This document shows, in pieces, positions 17,000 through 27,078 of a stretch of DNA of 45,667 nt. Every line of letters starts with the position of its first letter. The first letter of the stretch is position 1. The position numbers and the translations under genes are program-made. The notes beneath the pieces are model-generated. The model was not told the DNA's origin. It made no database searches and was given only the letters and a program-made list of their open reading frames with translations. Source of the stretch: an uncultured Lachnospiraceae bacterium (GTDB lineage: Bacteria; Bacillota; Clostridia; Lachnospirales; Lachnospiraceae). The stretch covers positions 1-45,667 of the forward strand of contig CATZYB010000001.1 in the NCBI GenBank assembly GCA_958426095.1. The letters are read 5' to 3'.

Positions 17000-18083
17000 A
17001 AACCGCAGAGATAAAGATTTAAAAAATACCTATCTCCGGGTAGACAGAGAAGGAATTTACGGAGAAAAATATGAAGAAATATTATTATATAAACAATCTG
17101 TGCCCGGATTGCTCACATTCTATGAGGTTGAAGAAAATGAAGAAAAGAGTCTGGTCTATGTATTGAATCATCAGAATTCTTTTTTGGAGACTTTATCCGG
17201 AGGGCGCATGACCTGCGCCCATATGGAAAGTTTTATAAAATCATTGGTACGGGTGATGGAAACGATTGACGAGTATCTTTTGGACCCGTCGAATCTGGTC
17301 GTGGAAATGGCCTATATGTTCGGAAGTGGCGAGCATTGGGAGTATATTTACATACCGGGATATGGGGAGGACTTCTGGCATCAAATGGAAAAGGTGTCGG
17401 AAGAATGGCTGAATTATGTGGATTATGGCAATGAAAAAGCCGTATTGTGGGCCTATACCTTTTATCAAAAGGTCCATGGAGAAGCGTGTTTTCCGGCGGA
17501 ACTTATGGAAATATTAACATTAGAGAAGACCGGCACGGAAGAGGTCCATTCATCGGTGGTCAGGGAAGAAAATGTGACGTGGGAAACAGAGGTGTCAGCT
17601 CCGGCAAAAAAAGAAGGATGGACACGACAGTTGACAAAACGATTAAAGAAGATGATTTCCGGGAAAAAGCGTAAGGATACGGATGTTTTCGGAGATTTTT
17701 ATGGGAATGGATTGGGTCTCGGAGAAACTTGTCCGGATTTGGGGGACGTTGAAGCTGCTTTTGGCTTAACATCTGATCCAAAACGGATTCTTATCCTGAT
17801 TCCTGTCGGAGATAATGAGATACCGGCCATCCATGTGGAACATTTTCCCTTTTTGATCGGAAGAGCTCCGGAAGAAGTGGATGTTCGATTGGATGATTTG
17901 AAAATCAGCCGGATACATGCCCGGCTGGAAGGAGATGGAACGGAAGCCAGGGTCGTGGATATGAGTTCGGCTAATGGGACATGCCGGAACGGGGAACGCC
18001 TTAAAGCGGGAACGGAATATCCTCTGTACTCGGGGGATATATTAAAACTGGCAGACCTGGAATTTGTCTGCCAGTGGTGTTAA
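16989..18083 (+). CDS. DUF6382-like N-terminal domain plus C-terminal FHA domain protein
   Basis: FLIGR...ISRIHA...DMSSANGT...GDILKLAD (FHA); EYLLDPSNL motif. Confidence 0.85.
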   Translation: MNRENRRDKDLKNTYLRVDREGIYGEKYEEILLYKQSVPGLLTFYEVEENEEKSLVYVLNHQNSFLETLSGGRMTCAHMESFIKSLVRVMETIDEYLLDPSNLVVEMAYMFGSGEHWEYIYIPGYGEDFWHQMEKVSEEWLNYVDYGNEKAVLWAYTFYQKVHGEACFPAELMEILTLEKTGTEEVHSSVVREENVTWETEVSAPAKKEGWTRQLTKRLKKMISGKKRKDTDVFGDFYGNGLGLGETCPDLGDVEAAFGLTSDPKRILILIPVGDNEIPAIHVEHFPFLIGRAPEEVDVRLDDLKISRIHARLEGDGTEARVVDMSSANGTCRNGERLKAGTEYPLYSGDILKLADLEFVCQWC

Positions 18084-19336
18084 AATTTTTCAAATAATTT
18101 CATTAACCGAAGCAAAGTGATATCGTGGGACACATAGGGTGAATATATCATTGCCAGACGGATCATATCATCGGTGATACCGAGCTCTTCGATCATGATC
18201 TTACAGCCCATTTTCTGGAAACAGGTCTCAATTTCCTGAGAAGCAGGCAGTTTATCCAGAATTTGCAGAATCTCCGCTGCGTGTTCCAGAACTTGTTCTC
18301 CGGTGATATCTGCCATAGGATCCGGTGTGTTGAGCTGGATGACTGCCTCGCGTACTTCAGTATTCCAGAAACCTTTTCGGATTTCCTTTGCAGCCGAAGG
18401 AAAGTGAACGGCGGGAACAAGCTGATGATTTTTCAAAGCCGTCTTAAAGCGCTCATAAGCTTTCAGACAGAGAAGCGTTCCAACGCCAACCTTTTCGCCG
18501 TGTACGGCGTTTAGTTTCGGCTGTTCAACAGATATGTCCAAATAACGGGAAAGGTGATGCTCTGCACCCATCAGGGGACGAACGGCATCGTAAAAACCAA
18601 TTTCCATATCCGGTAAGATCAGAGCGTACAGTAATTGTTCGCAGACGGAAGGGGATCCGGCGGCCAGGTCTTCAATCTGGTTTATGACTTGTTTTATGGC
18701 CGACTCTTCCGCAGCATATAATTTTTCGTTAACAGCTTCACCGGTGAGGAGAGAAGCGATCCGTGCATCGGCCAGAGCGATATGATTTCCCATAAGGTCA
18801 CTGAACCCTGCAGCAGTTAAGCGCGGCGGTGCAGCGGCGAAAATATCTGTATCTGCAAACATATACGTTGGTGCAGAAGCCATGACATTTCCTTTAATGC
18901 CTTTGTGGACGACAGCGGATATGCAGGTGGTGTAACCTTCGCCGCTGGCGGCCGTAGGTACGGAGATGAAAGGCAGTTTGTATTGCCGGCTTAAGTATCG
19001 GGTAATATCATGGATCGTGACACTGCCGAGAGCGATCATGCAGTCTGCTGTTGCCGGAATTTTATTTTGGGCCAGAGAAACACTGCGTTCATCGGCAGCC
19101 AGTCCGTCGGGGTCGAGACAGATCAGGTCATAATTGTCCAGATTTTCCAGAAGTTTGTCTCCGAGAAAATAGGTATTCTGGTCACAGATAATGACAGGTT
19201 CCTGCCAGCCTTCCTGTTCCATAGTCGTTGTTATTTTGGAAATGGCGCCGGGCTCGATCCACATACCACGGATAAATGCATGATTTTCAAAATCTTTTCC
19301 GCATAGACTGCTGATTTCCTGAAGATTAATTTTCAT
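18080..19336 (-). CDS. sn-glycerol-1-phosphate dehydrogenase family protein (AraM/EgsA-like)
   Basis: VPTAAS, AAGFSDLMG, GAEHHLS and HGEKVGVG motifs. Confidence 0.8.
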   Translation of the reverse strand: MKINLQEISSLCGKDFENHAFIRGMWIEPGAISKITTTMEQEGWQEPVIICDQNTYFLGDKLLENLDNYDLICLDPDGLAADERSVSLAQNKIPATADCMIALGSVTIHDITRYLSRQYKLPFISVPTAASGEGYTTCISAVVHKGIKGNVMASAPTYMFADTDIFAAAPPRLTAAGFSDLMGNHIALADARIASLLTGEAVNEKLYAAEESAIKQVINQIEDLAAGSPSVCEQLLYALILPDMEIGFYDAVRPLMGAEHHLSRYLDISVEQPKLNAVHGEKVGVGTLLCLKAYERFKTALKNHQLVPAVHFPSAAKEIRKGFWNTEVREAVIQLNTPDPMADITGEQVLEHAAEILQILDKLPASQEIETCFQKMGCKIMIEELGITDDMIRLAMIYSPYVSHDITLLRLMKLFEKF

Positions 19337-19351
19337 GGGTAAGTCTCCCTG

Positions 19352-19771
19352 CTATTTATTTAAGGCAATTTTGATCTGTTCAGCAACAGCGTTTCTTTCA
19401 TCGGCTTCCGAGGTGCCCGGAACCCAATTGATATTCTGATTGTCCCCTTCATAACGCGGAATGATGTGCATATGGAAGTGGAAAACCGTCTGACCTGCAA
19501 TTTCTCCATTGTTCTGAACGATGTTCAGACCATCACAATGAAGTGCTTCCTTCATTGCTTTGGCAATGCGGGAGGCCAGAACAAAAGCTTTTCCGGCCGT
19601 GCTTTCATCCATTTCAAAGATATTTGCCATATGGTTTTTTGGGATGATCAGGGCATGTCCCTTTGTGGCCGGAGATAAGTCCAGAATGACCCGGAACATA
19701 TCATCTTCATAAATGGTTGAGGAAGGAATTTCCCCATTTGCTATTTTACAAAAAATACAATCGTTGTCCAT
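19352..19771 (-). CDS. HIT family protein
   Basis: CIFCKI and AGQTVFHFHMHIIPR. Confidence 0.95.
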   Translation of the reverse strand: MDNDCIFCKIANGEIPSSTIYEDDMFRVILDLSPATKGHALIIPKNHMANIFEMDESTAGKAFVLASRIAKAMKEALHCDGLNIVQNNGEIAGQTVFHFHMHIIPRYEGDNQNINWVPGTSEADERNAVAEQIKIALNK

Positions 19772-19971
19772 TGTTTTAAATCCTCCAATCTTGACGATAT
19801 AAAATATCGGGATACTTTAATAATAGTTCACCTTACGCAAAATGTCTATTCCGAATTCAAAATAAATTTAAAGAGCATTGCCGCTTTTTGTCGGGAAATG
19901 TCAAGCAAATATATTTGATTCGATGCATAAATTATGATAAATTGGAAAAAAAGTTAGAAAGGAAGACCTTT

Positions 19972-20646
19972 ATGCACGAACAGCCGGTGCTTTCCCTGTC
20001 GACGATTTCTCATGAACTGAGAAATCCATTGACGCTGATCCACAGTACATTGCAGCTTATCGGACGTCATCATCCGGAGGTGGTCGAGGATCCGCTGTGG
20101 CCCCAACTTCTATTAGATATTAATTACATGTCTCAATTACTTTCGGAGTTGTCTTCATTAAATTCCTGTCAGACTCTGAATTATTCCCAGATAAATATTC
20201 GACAATTTTTGACAAATATCGTATCCTCCTTTTCTTCCTCCGCACAAATCCAAAATAAAGAACTGACTTTGAACTTTGAAACAGAAGAGAAAACTTTCTC
20301 AGGAGATGCTTTAAAAATCCGGGAGATCTTTGTGAATTTAATAAAAAATGCTTTGGAGGCAACAGGAAGCGGCGATCAGATTGTTATTGATGTAAAATCC
20401 CGGTGGAATCGATGGATCATTACTGTCAGCGATTCGGGCAGCGGTATGGATGCCTGCCGTTTGTCCACGATCTTTGAGCCTTTCGTCACCTATAAAACCG
20501 ATGGCACCGGCCTTGGACTGACCATTGTGAAAAATATCGTCACCGCCCACGGCGGCGCTGTCCAGGTGTATTCAAAGCCGGGGATTGGGACAAAATTTAT
20601 TTTGATTTTTCCGATGACACCGCCGGAAAAGACGAAGGCAAAATGA
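19972..20646 (+). CDS. Orphan histidine kinase with only HisKA and HATPase domains
   Basis: SHELRNPL, NLIKNALEA, DSGSGM, GTGLGL; no sensor or TM domain. Confidence 0.88.
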   Translation: MHEQPVLSLSTISHELRNPLTLIHSTLQLIGRHHPEVVEDPLWPQLLLDINYMSQLLSELSSLNSCQTLNYSQINIRQFLTNIVSSFSSSAQIQNKELTLNFETEEKTFSGDALKIREIFVNLIKNALEATGSGDQIVIDVKSRWNRWIITVSDSGSGMDACRLSTIFEPFVTYKTDGTGLGLTIVKNIVTAHGGAVQVYSKPGIGTKFILIFPMTPPEKTKAK

Positions 20647-20653
20647 AAATTAC

Positions 20654-20700
20654 AGGCGTCCGGTTTCTTACATCGAAGGATGTATTGAAAAAGGACGCCT
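20654..20700. terminator. Long imperfect hairpin between convergent genes
   Basis: AGGCGTCC...TACATC-GAAG-GATGTA...GGACGCCT. Confidence 0.65.
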
Positions 20701-20713
20701 TATTTTAAAATTT

Positions 20714-21799
20714 TTATTTTTTACGTTTTTTACGGCTCATGACGGCTTCGTCGCACAGATTTACGATAATATCAATGGCGTTGGAAGCAGTATTTGTTTT
20801 CATGGCCTGAATGTAATTTTCACGGTTTTCGTATACTTCATTCACTGCTTTGACAAGGGATTCGTCAGTAACCATTTCTTCCGGAAGAAGATAGCTGAAG
20901 CCCTGTTTTTCAAAGGAAGCCGCATTGAGGATCTGATCGCCGCGGCTGGCCGAAGCCGGGAGCGGGATCAGGATGTTTGGCTTATTCAAAGCAAGAAATT
21001 CGCAGATAGCATTGGAGCCGGCCCGGGAAATGACCAGGTCTGCAGCGGCTAACAGGTCGCTCAATTCCTGCTTAACATAGTCGAACTGGATATATCCCGC
21101 CAGATTTTTGATCGAGGTATCCACCTTGCCTTTGCCGCATATATGAATGATCTGATACGACGGTAAAAGGACCGGGAGGGCCTTGCGGACCGCTTCATTG
21201 ATGGCAGCGGCGCCGAGGCTTCCGCCGATGACGAGAATTATCGGCTTTTCGTCGTTAAATCCGCAGAGCTGGAGTCCTTTCAAACGGTTTCCGTTCAGAA
21301 GTTCCTGGCGAATCGGTGAACCGGAGAGAACGGCCTTGCCTTCCGGCAGATTATCGGCGGTTTCCGGGAAATTATGACAGACTTTGTAGGCTGAAGGAAT
21401 AGCCAGCTTATTTGCCAATCCCGGAGTCATATCTGATTCGTGGATAATGGCCGGAACTTTGCAGCGTTTGGCGGCCAGAACCACGGGAACGGACACGAAG
21501 CCGCCTTTGGAAAAGACAACGTCCGGTTTCAGTTTCTTTATTAATTTTTTGGCTTCAAAAAATCCTTTAACAACCCGAAACGGGTCCGTAAAATTCTTTA
21601 CATCAAAATATCGGCGGAGTTTTCCTGAAGAAATTCCGTAATATGGGATATTCAGTTCTTCGATCAGCCGACGTTCAATACCGTCATAGGAACCGATATA
21701 GGAAATCTGATAGCCGGCTTTTTTCAGAGCAGGCATCAGAGCGATGTTCGGTGTGACGTGTCCGGCTGTACCGCCGCCGGTCAGGACAATTTTTTTCAT
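20714..21799 (-). CDS. murG: MurG glycosyltransferase
   Basis: [21 protein letters not shown] and DQILNA motifs. Confidence 0.96.
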   Translation of the reverse strand: MKKIVLTGGGTAGHVTPNIALMPALKKAGYQISYIGSYDGIERRLIEELNIPYYGISSGKLRRYFDVKNFTDPFRVVKGFFEAKKLIKKLKPDVVFSKGGFVSVPVVLAAKRCKVPAIIHESDMTPGLANKLAIPSAYKVCHNFPETADNLPEGKAVLSGSPIRQELLNGNRLKGLQLCGFNDEKPIILVIGGSLGAAAINEAVRKALPVLLPSYQIIHICGKGKVDTSIKNLAGYIQFDYVKQELSDLLAAADLVISRAGSNAICEFLALNKPNILIPLPASASRGDQILNAASFEKQGFSYLLPEEMVTDESLVKAVNEVYENRENYIQAMKTNTASNAIDIIVNLCDEAVMSRKKRKK

Positions 21800-21803
21800 T
21801 TTT

Positions 21804-22064
21804 TCAGACCTCCTGGGCGGAACCGGATGCTTTATATTCTTTCAGTGCTTTGGCAAGCTGATCCGGACATGATGTGCCGCGGCCGCCGCAATCAATGCCG
21901 GAAAGAAGCTGGATGACATCATCTACCGGGCGGCCGACAACGAGAGCAGCGACACCTTTGGTGTTTCCGTCACATCCTCCGATAAATTGGCAACTGGTAA
22001 CAACGCCGTTTTCCACTTCAAAATCTACGGCTCTGGAACATGTATGTTGATTGATATGACGCAT
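21804..22064 (-). CDS. TSCPD-domain protein (TIGR03905-like)
   Basis: TCS...GGCDGN...GIDC...[16 protein letters not shown]. Confidence 0.88.
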   Translation of the reverse strand: MRHINQHTCSRAVDFEVENGVVTSCQFIGGCDGNTKGVAALVVGRPVDDVIQLLSGIDCGGRGTSCPDQLAKALKEYKASGSAQEV

Positions 22065-22234
22065 GTAAATCACTCCTGTTCTTAAATTATTTCCACACTA
22101 TTATAGCAGAAGCCTCATGTATAAGCCAGTAAAATTTTGAACTTCTCATGGGAATCAGAAACGGTTTGTGGTATCATAATAAAAGCAGGTATTGACATAT
22201 GCGGTAAATCAGAGAAAACAGGAGACGAAAGAAT

Positions 22235-22933
22235 ATGAGAAGAATTGGAATTATCGGAGCCATGGAAGAAGAAGTGGCTTCTTTAAAAGGCCAGATGGAG
22301 ATTCAGGAAGTGCGGACCATTGCGGGAATGGAATTTTTTAGGGGAATTTGTGAAAAGCAGTCGGTCATTGTCGTACGCAGCGGCATTGGAAAGGTAAATG
22401 CAGCGATATGTACGCAGATTCTCTGTGATATTTTTCAGGTGGAAGTGATTATCAATACAGGAGTGGCCGGAAGCCTGAAAAATGCTATTAATATCGGTGA
22501 TATCGTACTTTCGGTGGATGCTTTGCAGCATGATATGGATGCCACCGGTTTTGGGTATGAGCCGGGAATTATCCCGAGAATGGAAACCTCTGTATTTAAA
22601 GCAGACGATGCGCTGGTAGAACTGGCAGAAAAAGTTTGCCGGGAAGTGAATCCGGATATCCAGGTATTTCGGGGCCGGGTTGTGAGCGGCGACCAATTTG
22701 TTTCCGACCACGATGTGAAAGAGCGGCTGATCCGTCTGTTTGACGGATACTGCACCGAGATGGAAGGGGCGTCGATTGCCCAGGCGGCCTGGCTAAATAA
22801 TGTACCTTATGTAGTAATTCGTGCTATTTCCGATAAAGCGGACGGCAGTGCGGAGATGGATTACAGTGAATTTGAAATGAAAGCGATCGAGCATACCGTG
22901 CGTCTGGTAACGGGAATGTTGAGAAATATGTAA
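22235..22933 (+). CDS. mtnN: 5'-methylthioadenosine/S-adenosylhomocysteine nucleosidase
   Basis: IGIIGAMEEE, SGIGKVNAA, EMEGAS, RAISD. Confidence 0.96.
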   Translation: MRRIGIIGAMEEEVASLKGQMEIQEVRTIAGMEFFRGICEKQSVIVVRSGIGKVNAAICTQILCDIFQVEVIINTGVAGSLKNAINIGDIVLSVDALQHDMDATGFGYEPGIIPRMETSVFKADDALVELAEKVCREVNPDIQVFRGRVVSGDQFVSDHDVKERLIRLFDGYCTEMEGASIAQAAWLNNVPYVVIRAISDKADGSAEMDYSEFEMKAIEHTVRLVTGMLRNM

Positions 22934-23018
22934 AATATGCCCGACCGATTTGAATAGATTTTGTCTTTTTGTTGATATTATAATGGAGCTATCTTATCAA
23001 CGAAAGGAGTTCACAAAA

Positions 23019-23738
23019 ATGAGAAACTGGTTTTTGGGACAGGGTATTCCAATGTATGCGGAAACCATATTGCTGGTGGCCGGATTGTTCACCTTATGGA
23101 TGACGGGAAGAATTTACAAAAGATTGATACGTGAAGCTGATTTAATGGGAACTTCCAATCAGCGCCTGATCAAATACATTAAACTGAAAGTGACCAGTTA
23201 CTATAAGATCGGTATGCGCCCGACAGATACACAGGCTTTGATCGGACGTTACATAAAGAAATACCGGGTGGGGCCGTTTTCACTGCAGAGCTGGAACCGT
23301 CTGCCTTATCTTTTGATGACGGCCATGCTGGCTGTCGGCGGCGGAAATTTGATGTACCGCTGGACACGTGGAGAAGAGCTTTACCAGATGTCTGTCATCT
23401 TCGGAATGTCGGTTCTGGGAATCATTGTTCTTGGCGGCCTTTTAATGTTTATGGATTTTAAAGGCAGGGAGACGCTGCTTGTCCACAGTATTTCAGATTA
23501 TGTGGATAATTATCTCAGCAATAAGCTGGCCCAGGATTATAAGGCTCAGACCGGAAAGGTATCGCCGGAACAGTACAAACGGGCGCTTCAGGAGATCGCG
23601 GCGACCGGGACAGGACGGCGCAGAGAAAGAAACAGCCAGTACTATTATGAGGGCTATGAAGACAGCGATTTAAACCGTAAAAATGACGAGGTAGATGCAA
23701 AGATCGTGGAAGATGTTCTGAAAGAATTTTTATGTTGA
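23019..23738 (+). CDS. Hypothetical membrane protein
   Basis: AAAGGAG RBS; about three hydrophobic segments and an acidic tail. Confidence 0.7.
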   Translation: MRNWFLGQGIPMYAETILLVAGLFTLWMTGRIYKRLIREADLMGTSNQRLIKYIKLKVTSYYKIGMRPTDTQALIGRYIKKYRVGPFSLQSWNRLPYLLMTAMLAVGGGNLMYRWTRGEELYQMSVIFGMSVLGIIVLGGLLMFMDFKGRETLLVHSISDYVDNYLSNKLAQDYKAQTGKVSPEQYKRALQEIAATGTGRRRERNSQYYYEGYEDSDLNRKNDEVDAKIVEDVLKEFLC

Positions 23739-23822
23739 AAAATCATTAAATCATTGATAAAATGCGGTCGTTTTGGTATTATGATAGATAAGAATATTTA
23801 AATACTTTTGGAGGTAAACAAC

Positions 23823-25172
23823 ATGGCAAAAGGGGTTACGTTTGATTATTCAAAAACATCGCCGTTTATTCGTGCTGATGAAGTGGAATTAATGAAAAAA
23901 CTGGTTGGGGATGCCAAAGAAGTTCTCGTCAGCAAGACCGGTGCGGGAAATGATTTCCTGGGCTGGATCGACCTCCCTGTGGATTATGACAAAGAAGAAT
24001 TCGCTCGGATAAAAAAGGCGGCTGCCAAGATTCAGAGCGATTCGGATGTGCTGCTCGTTATCGGTATCGGCGGTTCCTATCTGGGAGCAAGAGCAGCGAT
24101 TGAATTTTTACAGCATAATTTTTATAATATACTGCCAAAAGAACAGCGTAAGACACCGGAGATTTATTTTGTCGGAAACAATCTGAGCAGCTCTTATATC
24201 AGTAATCTGATCGACGTCATTGGAGACAGAGATTTTTCAATCAATATGATCTCAAAATCCGGTACAACGACAGAACCGGCGGTTGCATTCCGTGTTTTCA
24301 AGAAATTGATTGAAACAAAATATGGAAAAGAAGAATCGGCTAAACGTATTTATTGTACGACAGATAAAGCCAGGGGCGCTTTAAAGAATCTGGCAACAGA
24401 AGAAGGTTATGAGACCTTTGTTGTTCCGGATGATGTGGGCGGACGGTTTTCTGTATTGACAGCCGTAGGACTTCTGCCGATCGCGGTCAGCGGTGCGGAT
24501 ATTGATCAGCTGATGGCCGGTGCGGCGAGCGCAAGAAAACGCTGTCTTGAAAATGAATTTGAAGAAAATGATTCTTTACAGTATGCGGCTATCCGCAACA
24601 TTCTGCTTCGTAAAGGTAAATCCATAGAGATCACCTGCAGTTATGAACCATCACTTTTATATATCGGCGAATGGTGGAAACAACTTTACGGAGAAAGCGA
24701 AGGTAAAGATCAGAGAGGCATTTTCCCGGCATCTGTTACACTGACAGCAGATTTACATTCTATGGGACAGTTCATTCAGGACGGCGCCCGGATCATGTTT
24801 GAAACCGTTTTGGAAGTAGAAACTCCGAAACATGAAATTTTGATCGAAGAAGAACCGGTAGATCTGGACGGCTTAAACTATCTGGCCGGAAAGAATGTGG
24901 ATTTCATCAATAAGAGTGCGATGAACGGTACGGTTCTTGCACATACGGACGGAAGTGTTCCGAACCTGATGGTGCATATTCCTGAACAGAATGAATTCTA
25001 TCTCGGCGAACTGTTCTATTTCTATGAGTTTGCTTGCGGCGTCAGTGGATATGTTCTCGGCGTAAATCCGTTTAATCAGCCGGGTGTTGAAAGCTATAAG
25101 AAAAATATGTTTGCGCTTCTCGGAAAACCTGGATATGAAGATCTGACGGAAGCGTTGTTGAAACGTCTGTAA
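23823..25172 (+). CDS. pgi: Glucose-6-phosphate isomerase
   Basis: [30 protein letters not shown]. Confidence 0.97.
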   Translation: MAKGVTFDYSKTSPFIRADEVELMKKLVGDAKEVLVSKTGAGNDFLGWIDLPVDYDKEEFARIKKAAAKIQSDSDVLLVIGIGGSYLGARAAIEFLQHNFYNILPKEQRKTPEIYFVGNNLSSSYISNLIDVIGDRDFSINMISKSGTTTEPAVAFRVFKKLIETKYGKEESAKRIYCTTDKARGALKNLATEEGYETFVVPDDVGGRFSVLTAVGLLPIAVSGADIDQLMAGAASARKRCLENEFEENDSLQYAAIRNILLRKGKSIEITCSYEPSLLYIGEWWKQLYGESEGKDQRGIFPASVTLTADLHSMGQFIQDGARIMFETVLEVETPKHEILIEEEPVDLDGLNYLAGKNVDFINKSAMNGTVLAHTDGSVPNLMVHIPEQNEFYLGELFYFYEFACGVSGYVLGVNPFNQPGVESYKKNMFALLGKPGYEDLTEALLKRL

Positions 25173-25183
25173 GTATGATGGAC

Positions 25184-25217
25184 AAGCTCTGTTCGGAAAT
25201 CCGGACAGAGCTTTTTT
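25184..25217 (+). terminator. Terminator after pgi
   Basis: AAGCTCTGTTCGG-AAAT-CCGGACAGAGCTT followed by a T-run. Confidence 0.88.
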
Positions 25218-25341
25218 CTTTCTAAGGAAGCCCGGTCCCCGACTGAGGAGCAGGTAACACAGATGTTCTGAAAAAAATACGATGGATTTATTGTATCTAT
25301 GCTAAAATACGCTTAGGTTGTTTAAAAGGAGAAGAAACATT

Positions 25342-27063
25342 ATGGAAGTAAAGAGACAAAAGGAAGTCTATGTCATCGGACATAAGAATCCGGATACGGA
25401 TTCGGTGTGTTCGGCGATTGCCTATGCCTCGCTCAAAAATGAAATTCTTGCCAGAGTGAATCGGGGAGAGTCGGTTGAGCAGTATCAGGATTTCCTGATC
25501 GAAGGTGAGGAAAGCGGGCAGGCAGTTTACGTACCGGCCCGTGCAGGACAGATCAATACAGAAACGAATTATGTCCTTAGAAAATTTCAGCAGAAAGTGC
25601 CGGTATATATGAATGCGATCCGGACGCAGGTGGGGGACATTAATATTCGTCGGATTCAGGGAATATCGGCGGATTACTCGCTGAAAAAAGCCTGGGAAAT
25701 CATGCGTCAGTCTGAAACATCTACTCTGGCCGTTGTTGATGATGACAGAAAGCTTCAGGGGCTGATCACCATATCGGATATTGCAGGCGCTTATATGTCT
25801 GTTTTGGATAATCAGATTTTATCAGAGGCATGCACACCGATCGCCAATATTCTTGAAACGTTAAAAGGGGAGCTGGTTGTAGGCGATGCCGATAAACGTC
25901 TGACGAAGGGTAAACTGGTCGTATCGACGGCCACCTTGAGCGTGATCGATGAATTTATTAAAGAAGACGATCTGGTCATTCTCGGAAACCGGTACGAAGC
26001 CCAGTTGAGCGCCATTGAAAACCGGGCCTCTTGTATTATCATATGTGATGGCGCAAAGGCTTCACGGACAATCTGTAAACTGGCGGAAGAAAACGGCTGT
26101 GCGGTGATCTGTACGCCGGCAGATACCTATACGGTAACCCGTTCGATCAATCAGAGTATTCCTGTCAGTTATTTTATGATCAAAGACGGCATTATTTCTT
26201 TTGGTGAAAGCGACTATGTTGCGGATATTAAGCCGATCATGCTGAATAAACGGCATCGGGATTTTCTCATTGTGGATGATGAGGGACGTTATACGGGAAT
26301 GATCTCACGGCGTACTTTGATTGATATGAACACAAAGAAAGTGATCCTGGTGGATCATAATGAAGTGGATCAGGCGGCCGATGGCGTGGATGAAGCAGAA
26401 GTTATGGAGATCATCGATCATCACAAACTTGGTACGGTGGAAACGATCCGTCCGGTCAAAGTGCGTAATGAGCCGGTGGGGTGTACGGCGACCATCGTCT
26501 ACGAAATGTATATGGAAAATCAGATTCCGGTCACAAAGGAAATTGCCGGGATTTTATGCGCTGCCATTCTTTCGGATACATTGATGTTCCGTTCGCCGAC
26601 CTGCACGGAAATGGATAAGATCGTTGCGGAACATTTGGCGGAGATCGCGGAAATCGATATTGAAAAATTCGCTATGAAAATGTTTGAAGAGGGCAGTCAG
26701 CTCAGAAAGAAAGCGGATTCGGAAATTTTCTATCAGGATTACAAGAAATTTGTTGCCAGCGATATTCCTTATGGTGTGGGACAGATCACATCCATGAATC
26801 GGGAAGAGCTTTTAAGCGTTCAGGACCGACTGCTGGCCTATATGGAGTCGGCGATGAAGGAGACGGGGATTCCGATGATCTTCTTTATGCTGACCGATAT
26901 TCTGAAAGAGTCTACCAGACTTCTTTTTGTGGGAAATGATGCGAAAATGCTTGTGGAGAACAGTTTCCATCAGGAGGCAGAAGCGCATTATATTGATTTA
27001 GAAGGCGTGGTATCGCGTAAAAAACAGTTGATACCAAAATTGACCGCCATATTGCAGCAGTAG
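25342..27063 (+). CDS. ppaC: Mn-dependent inorganic pyrophosphatase with CBS-DRTGG insert, copy 1
   Basis: GHKNPDTDS, LVDHNE, IIDHH, SRKKQ. Confidence 0.93.
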   Translation: MEVKRQKEVYVIGHKNPDTDSVCSAIAYASLKNEILARVNRGESVEQYQDFLIEGEESGQAVYVPARAGQINTETNYVLRKFQQKVPVYMNAIRTQVGDINIRRIQGISADYSLKKAWEIMRQSETSTLAVVDDDRKLQGLITISDIAGAYMSVLDNQILSEACTPIANILETLKGELVVGDADKRLTKGKLVVSTATLSVIDEFIKEDDLVILGNRYEAQLSAIENRASCIIICDGAKASRTICKLAEENGCAVICTPADTYTVTRSINQSIPVSYFMIKDGIISFGESDYVADIKPIMLNKRHRDFLIVDDEGRYTGMISRRTLIDMNTKKVILVDHNEVDQAADGVDEAEVMEIIDHHKLGTVETIRPVKVRNEPVGCTATIVYEMYMENQIPVTKEIAGILCAAILSDTLMFRSPTCTEMDKIVAEHLAEIAEIDIEKFAMKMFEEGSQLRKKADSEIFYQDYKKFVASDIPYGVGQITSMNREELLSVQDRLLAYMESAMKETGIPMIFFMLTDILKESTRLLFVGNDAKMLVENSFHQEAEAHYIDLEGVVSRKKQLIPKLTAILQQ

Positions 27064-27078
27064 CAGGAGGATGCAGAG

